From the IMG/VR virus record IMGVR_UViG_3300020045_004404, positions 1-49,212 of that record: DNA of 49,212 nucleotides. The stretch is one strand, 5' to 3'. Source of the DNA: a virus (taxonomy: Duplodnaviria; Caudoviricetes). This document shows, one piece after another, positions 45,514 to 49,212 of the stretch (its first letter is position 1; every line of letters begins with the position of its first letter). The translations under genes were made by a program, and so were the position numbers. Under the pieces are notes generated by a model. It did no database searches and was not told where the DNA came from. It saw nothing but the letters and a program-made list of their open reading frames with translations.

Positions 45514-45630
45514 ATGAAATGTGAACGGGAAGGTACTTGTATCCCTGTAGGCTCCACTAAGTATTTTAATAGTTACATGCGGTGCAAGACCTGTAATCGC
45601 CTGATGGAAACTAAGAAGACGAGGCAGTAA
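45514..45630 (+). CDS. 38-aa zinc-ribbon-like peptide (not in ORF track)
   Basis: C...C and CKTC; ends immediately before the next GTG. Confidence 0.45.
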   Translation: MKCEREGTCIPVGSTKYFNSYMRCKTCNRLMETKKTRQ

Positions 45631-45936
45631 GTGGAAACGATCAAACATGCGGCTGTAGTATCTGAGTCAGGCTGGGTCTTTATCGGGAAGTGCCACGCTG
45701 ATTGCTTCCATAAGATGCACCACTTAACAGTTAAGTCTTCACAGAAAGCTGCTAACCAAGGTTTTGTTACTAGCACTGGTAGGTATGTTGACCGCCATGA
45801 AGGGGCTAAGCTCGCATACGCAGCAGGGCAGGTAGATAAGCTAGCATCGCATCTGTTCTCTGAGGACTTATGGTGTGAACGGTATGAAGGCAAGTTTAAG
45901 TACGACGAAATAAAGGGGTACGTGCGTGACACCTAA
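45631..45936 (+). CDS. Conserved phage hypothetical protein
   Basis: H.DC...QGFVTS.GRYVDR.E...A..AGQ...LFSEDLW motif set. Confidence 0.75.
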   Translation: METIKHAAVVSESGWVFIGKCHADCFHKMHHLTVKSSQKAANQGFVTSTGRYVDRHEGAKLAYAAGQVDKLASHLFSEDLWCERYEGKFKYDEIKGYVRDT

Positions 45937-46126
45937 AATAACCTGCGCCTACTGTGACAAGTTCCCATGTTCGAAGTGGTGTACTCGCTTCGGTATACCT
46001 GATCCAACTGTCAAGCTTGACATGAAACCGCTTGACATCGCCTTTAAAAAGATGGATAATGAACTTGTCCGTAGACCTTTAAAAACTTTCTCCAGATTAC
46101 TGGACGCCTTCAAGGAAATAACATGA
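45926..46126 (+). CDS. Small Cys-rich hypothetical protein
   Basis: CAYC...C...C; coupled ORF. Confidence 0.55.
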   Translation: MTPKITCAYCDKFPCSKWCTRFGIPDPTVKLDMKPLDIAFKKMDNELVRRPLKTFSRLLDAFKEIT

Positions 46127-46461
46127 TCCGCATACTAAACGACACGCACTGCCAAGTGCTACACCGTAAAACTACCCACGAAGTAATGATGCAGGCTATT
46201 GCTGACATTGTGACCGTTAAACCTGTCGCCATGCTGGACGCTCTACTAGAGTTTGAGACTCTGACCCTAGAGGACATGCTAGTACTTATCCCTGTCGCCA
46301 CTGAATTAAAGCACCCTAAGCTAACTCTCCTCATCCTTATCGCAGGTGAGTATAGCTATTTCGATGGTATGTACCGTAGACGTAAGCATCACAGCGAAAC
46401 AGGTCTTGAAGCCTATTCCAAGGTTAAAACCTTTGTGACTGAGTATCTTAGCAAGCTATGA
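46123..46461 (+). CDS. Hypothetical protein
   Basis: AAGGA RBS; ATGA coupling on both sides. Confidence 0.7.
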   Translation: MIRILNDTHCQVLHRKTTHEVMMQAIADIVTVKPVAMLDALLEFETLTLEDMLVLIPVATELKHPKLTLLILIAGEYSYFDGMYRRRKHHSETGLEAYSKVKTFVTEYLSKL

Positions 46462-46862
46462 AAATCATCTTAGATAACGGCAAGTATAAAGTCCACACAG
46501 CACAGCGGAAGTACGTAGACGTACTGGGCGTTTGTAGTGTTCTGACTGATGAGGACATATCCATCATTGCAGAAGAGACTAACTACAGAACCTTTAAACG
46601 TATAGTTAAAGGGTGCCTAGATAACCATGCGTACAGGTACTCACTAGAAAAGGTGTGTAACATACTGGCCGATGGGGTATTCACATTAAAACGGGATAGA
46701 ACTATTACGTTGTCAAGAAGAGGTTCAAGTTTTAACCGCAGACTGACGAGAATGATTAATAACTATGAGCTAGCTCAAAGGCTAGGCATAGAGTGCCACT
46801 TAAAAAATAAACTATTGGAGAATGAACGTGCTAACAATCAAGCCGAGTTTTTGGGCCTTTAA
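46458..46862 (+). CDS. Hypothetical protein, ends EFLGL
   Basis: ATGA-coupled; 41-nt overlap with the next gene. Confidence 0.7.
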   Translation: MKIILDNGKYKVHTAQRKYVDVLGVCSVLTDEDISIIAEETNYRTFKRIVKGCLDNHAYRYSLEKVCNILADGVFTLKRDRTITLSRRGSSFNRRLTRMINNYELAQRLGIECHLKNKLLENERANNQAEFLGL

Positions 46863-47664
46863 TCCAGACGGTGAACACTCAGTGTATGGCCCATCCTCTC
46901 ACAAGAGATGGAAGGCTTGCCCAGCTTCGATAGAACTATCACGCGGTATCGTTATCCCTGATAAGAGTTACAATATCAGAGGTACCCTTTGCCATGAACT
47001 AGCTGAGGCATTTGTTCGTAGAGAGTACTTAGCGTTTCCATACCTTCTACCTTGGCAGGTAGCTGAGATACTTAAGAAGCGTGAAGAAGAGTGTGGTGAC
47101 TCAGATGACATCCTATGGGTATCCCGTGGAGCGCTAGAAGCAGTCGATTACTTCTCAAATATGGTGGGTAATGTCCTGCAGGTTCTCTTCGAGAAGAAGT
47201 TACATATCAGTGGTGAGATGTGGGGTAGCGCTGATGTGATTATCATCGGTACAGATGCTTGCGTAGTACTCGATTACAAGTTTGGCAATGCTAAAGTAGG
47301 CGCTGATGAAATTCAGTTAAGAGATTACCTAATGGGAGTATTCAGGCACTTAGAAAATATCCCAGAGCATTACAGATTCATATCAGGTATCTACCAACCA
47401 AGTGTATCAATTGGTTACGACGAACACGTATATAGTCCATACGAAATGATTGACGGTTTAAATTCGGTAGAACAAGATATTTGGGAAACCAAACAGCCTA
47501 ATATTTATCCCAATGAGGGGAGCCATTGCTTCTTCTGTCCAGCAGCTCAGACCGCTGACCCAGCAAGAAAATGTCCTGTAATTAAAATGAAGATCCAAGA
47601 CAAAGCTGGAGACTCATTAATGACCGCACTAAACGAATACGAGAGCACTAACGCTTTAGTATAA
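46822..47664 (+). CDS. DUF2800-like PD-(D/E)XK (Cas4-like) exonuclease
   Basis: HS..GPSS..RW.ACP, GTLCHELAE, WGSAD, LDYKFG, QL..Y and HCFFCPA...CP motifs. Confidence 0.88.
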   Translation: MNVLTIKPSFWAFNPDGEHSVYGPSSHKRWKACPASIELSRGIVIPDKSYNIRGTLCHELAEAFVRREYLAFPYLLPWQVAEILKKREEECGDSDDILWVSRGALEAVDYFSNMVGNVLQVLFEKKLHISGEMWGSADVIIIGTDACVVLDYKFGNAKVGADEIQLRDYLMGVFRHLENIPEHYRFISGIYQPSVSIGYDEHVYSPYEMIDGLNSVEQDIWETKQPNIYPNEGSHCFFCPAAQTADPARKCPVIKMKIQDKAGDSLMTALNEYESTNALV

Positions 47665-47682
47665 TTGATAAAGGAAAATATC

Positions 47683-48570
47683 ATGACCACTCAGAACGCC
47701 GGAAACGGACAAAAGAAAGCTAAGTCAGATTTTGTAGTAGCATGTAACAGCATTAAGTTTGCCATCAAGGGTAGACTTGCACGCGCTCACATCATCTCTA
47801 CTTTTGACTATCAAAACAAAGGTTTCCCGAAGCACTCAACTTACCTCATCGTAGACCCTAACGACCCTAAGGTTCAACAGCTTGCTCAAGCTTTCAGAAA
47901 TATCAAGCAACAGTTCTACCCTCAAATGCCTGACCTTTTATGGAGTAACCCAATCAAAGACGGTCGCACTCCAACTAGACCAGACGGTGAGCAGTGGCAG
48001 GACTGGCAGAAAGGTAACGTATTTATCGGTATGTCTACAGGTGTTCAGTTTCCACCTACTGCACTTGTTAAAGATATCAACTCTCCTAAAGGCTACCGTG
48101 AGGCCAACGTACTAGATGAAAAGAATTTCTACTACGATGGTGCTGAAGCTGTAGTGGAGTTTGCTGCAGGCGGGATGGAAGGAAACACTAAAGGGATTAA
48201 CCTCTTCTTTAACGGTATCCTAGGTCTTGGTACAGGTGATCGCATCGTGATCGCTTCAAGCGGTTCATTCAATGCTGAGGAAGCTTTTGGTGAGTTCCTA
48301 GGTGCTACTGCTAGCGGTGGCGCTTTGACTGGTAATCTTCAAGGTCAAGCTAATGTCCAGAATCAGAACTTTAACCAGAACAATGGTCAGAACTTTAATG
48401 GTAACAATGGTCAACAAAATAACCAGAATTACCAGCAACAGAACGGTCAGAACTTTAACCAAAACCAGAATGGAAACATGAACGGCAACGGTCAGAACTT
48501 CAATGGTAACAATGGCCAGAACTTTAACAATAACAACTATAACGGTAATGGCGGGGGCTCTCTTGTGTAA
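47683..48570 (+). CDS. DUF2815-like (T7 gp2.5-type) ssDNA-binding protein with Q/N-rich tail
   Basis: GRLA..HI, NPIKDG, YDGA and KGINLFFNGI...G.GDRI motifs; follows the DUF2800-like gene; AAGGA RBS before ATG 47683. Confidence 0.85.
   Translation: MTTQNAGNGQKKAKSDFVVACNSIKFAIKGRLARAHIISTFDYQNKGFPKHSTYLIVDPNDPKVQQLAQAFRNIKQQFYPQMPDLLWSNPIKDGRTPTRPDGEQWQDWQKGNVFIGMSTGVQFPPTALVKDINSPKGYREANVLDEKNFYYDGAEAVVEFAAGGMEGNTKGINLFFNGILGLGTGDRIVIASSGSFNAEEAFGEFLGATASGGALTGNLQGQANVQNQNFNQNNGQNFNGNNGQQNNQNYQQQNGQNFNQNQNGNMNGNGQNFNGNNGQNFNNNNYNGNGGGSLV
48361..48545 (+). repeat. Imperfect coding repeat (NGQNFN units)
   Basis: About five CAGAACTTYAA-containing units within the SSB tail. Confidence 0.8.
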
Positions 48571-48604
48571 ACCTTGGGAAGTCGCTTTGTTTGGAATACT
48601 TTTT

Positions 48605-48625
48605 GTAGCCGTCATTGGCGGCTAC
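48605..48625 (+). terminator. GC-rich intergenic hairpin after the SSB gene
   Basis: GTAGCCG...CGGCTAC stem with only a weak U-tract. Confidence 0.45.
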
Positions 48626-48649
48626 TTACTTAAATAATTGGAGAATCAA

Positions 48650-49212
48650 ATGGAACTAAGATTAGAAATTAAACTAGCATCAGTGGAAGAACTTTCAACT
48701 ATTGCTAAGGCCCTAGCTGGACTTCAAGTCGGAGAAGGTAAACCTGCTCCAGCAGTTAGTTCACGTAATACACGTGCTACTGTCACTCATGACTTAGATA
48801 CTGATGTTGTAGGTATTACTGAAGAGACTACTGGCGACGATGAGATGATTGAAGTTGAGAGCCCGTACAAAGCTCACCCTTCTGAAGTTAAAGAAACTCC
48901 AGCACCTGCCACGACTAAGACTAGCAAAGCTCCTAGCGCAGCTGAAAAGAAAGCGGCTAAGAAAGCTCAAGAAGATGCAGAACGTGCAGAACGTGTACAA
49001 CGTTTGAAAGATCAGATGGAACAAAACAAGGCCATCGGTACTCAGGCCCTAGATAACCGTGCTGCTAACACTCAGGCAGTAGAGTCAAACGAAGCTATTG
49101 TAGAAGAGATCAAGCAGTTAGGTGATAAGCTTATGGCCTTCACTGCCGTACCTCTCGAAGCTAAGCAGAAGCTCACAGCCGATATCTTAACTAAGCTAGG
49201 TGCGACTGGCAC
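48650..49212 (+). CDS. 5' part of the 221-aa hypothetical protein crossing the junction (MELRLEIKL...)
   Basis: GGAG RBS; open to the end of the window and continues into 1..224. Confidence 0.8.
   Translation, partial: MELRLEIKLASVEELSTIAKALAGLQVGEGKPAPAVSSRNTRATVTHDLDTDVVGITEETTGDDEMIEVESPYKAHPSEVKETPAPATTKTSKAPSAAEKKAAKKAQEDAERAERVQRLKDQMEQNKAIGTQALDNRAANTQAVESNEAIVEEIKQLGDKLMAFTAVPLEAKQKLTADILTKLGATG
49092..49212. repeat. Terminal direct repeat, right copy
   Basis: Identical to 1-121. Confidence 0.95.

Noticed and set aside
49092-49212. 121-bp terminal repeat as a biological DTR
   Set aside because: It falls in the middle of a coding sequence and has a k-mer-like length. It is best explained as circular assembly overlap; the real ends more likely lie near 36.3 kb.
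1-49212. Alternative genetic code or stop-codon recoding
   Set aside because: Standard code gives full-length conserved proteins and high coding density, and all three stop codons end genes.

Overview
The window is one apparently complete, circularly assembled dsDNA podovirus-like phage genome. It has about 49.1 kb of unique sequence; positions 49092-49212 duplicate 1-121. Two arms diverge from a ~1.3 kb non-coding control/terminus region at ~35910-37200. The + strand arm (37207 through the junction to 8036) has many small early genes, then a DUF2800-like nuclease, DUF2815-like SSB, SNF2-like helicase, family A DNA polymerase, PD-(D/E)XK nuclease, prim-pol/VirE primase-helicase and an NlpC/P60 hydrolase. 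The - strand arm (35909 to 8033) has csrA, terminase, a BPP-1/epsilon15-like portal, scaffold, capsid and cement set, tail tube proteins, ejection proteins, two tail fibres and a lysis-like cluster. I found no integrase, reverse transcriptase, CRISPR array or canonical tRNA. The most striking unexplained patterns are: (1) eleven unrelated proteins end in one of two C-terminal tags, -LGL (six) or -LV (five); (2) a doubled-GGA junction motif recurs in a phage that encodes its own CsrA, and the csrA leader contains a 10-nt complement of that motif; (3) several compact structured RNAs lie between genes; (4) most candidate promoters have an 18-nt spacer; (5) CCWGG appears to be absent; (6) the SSB has a Q/N prion-like tail. 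Family assignments come from motif recognition by eye, not from database searches.
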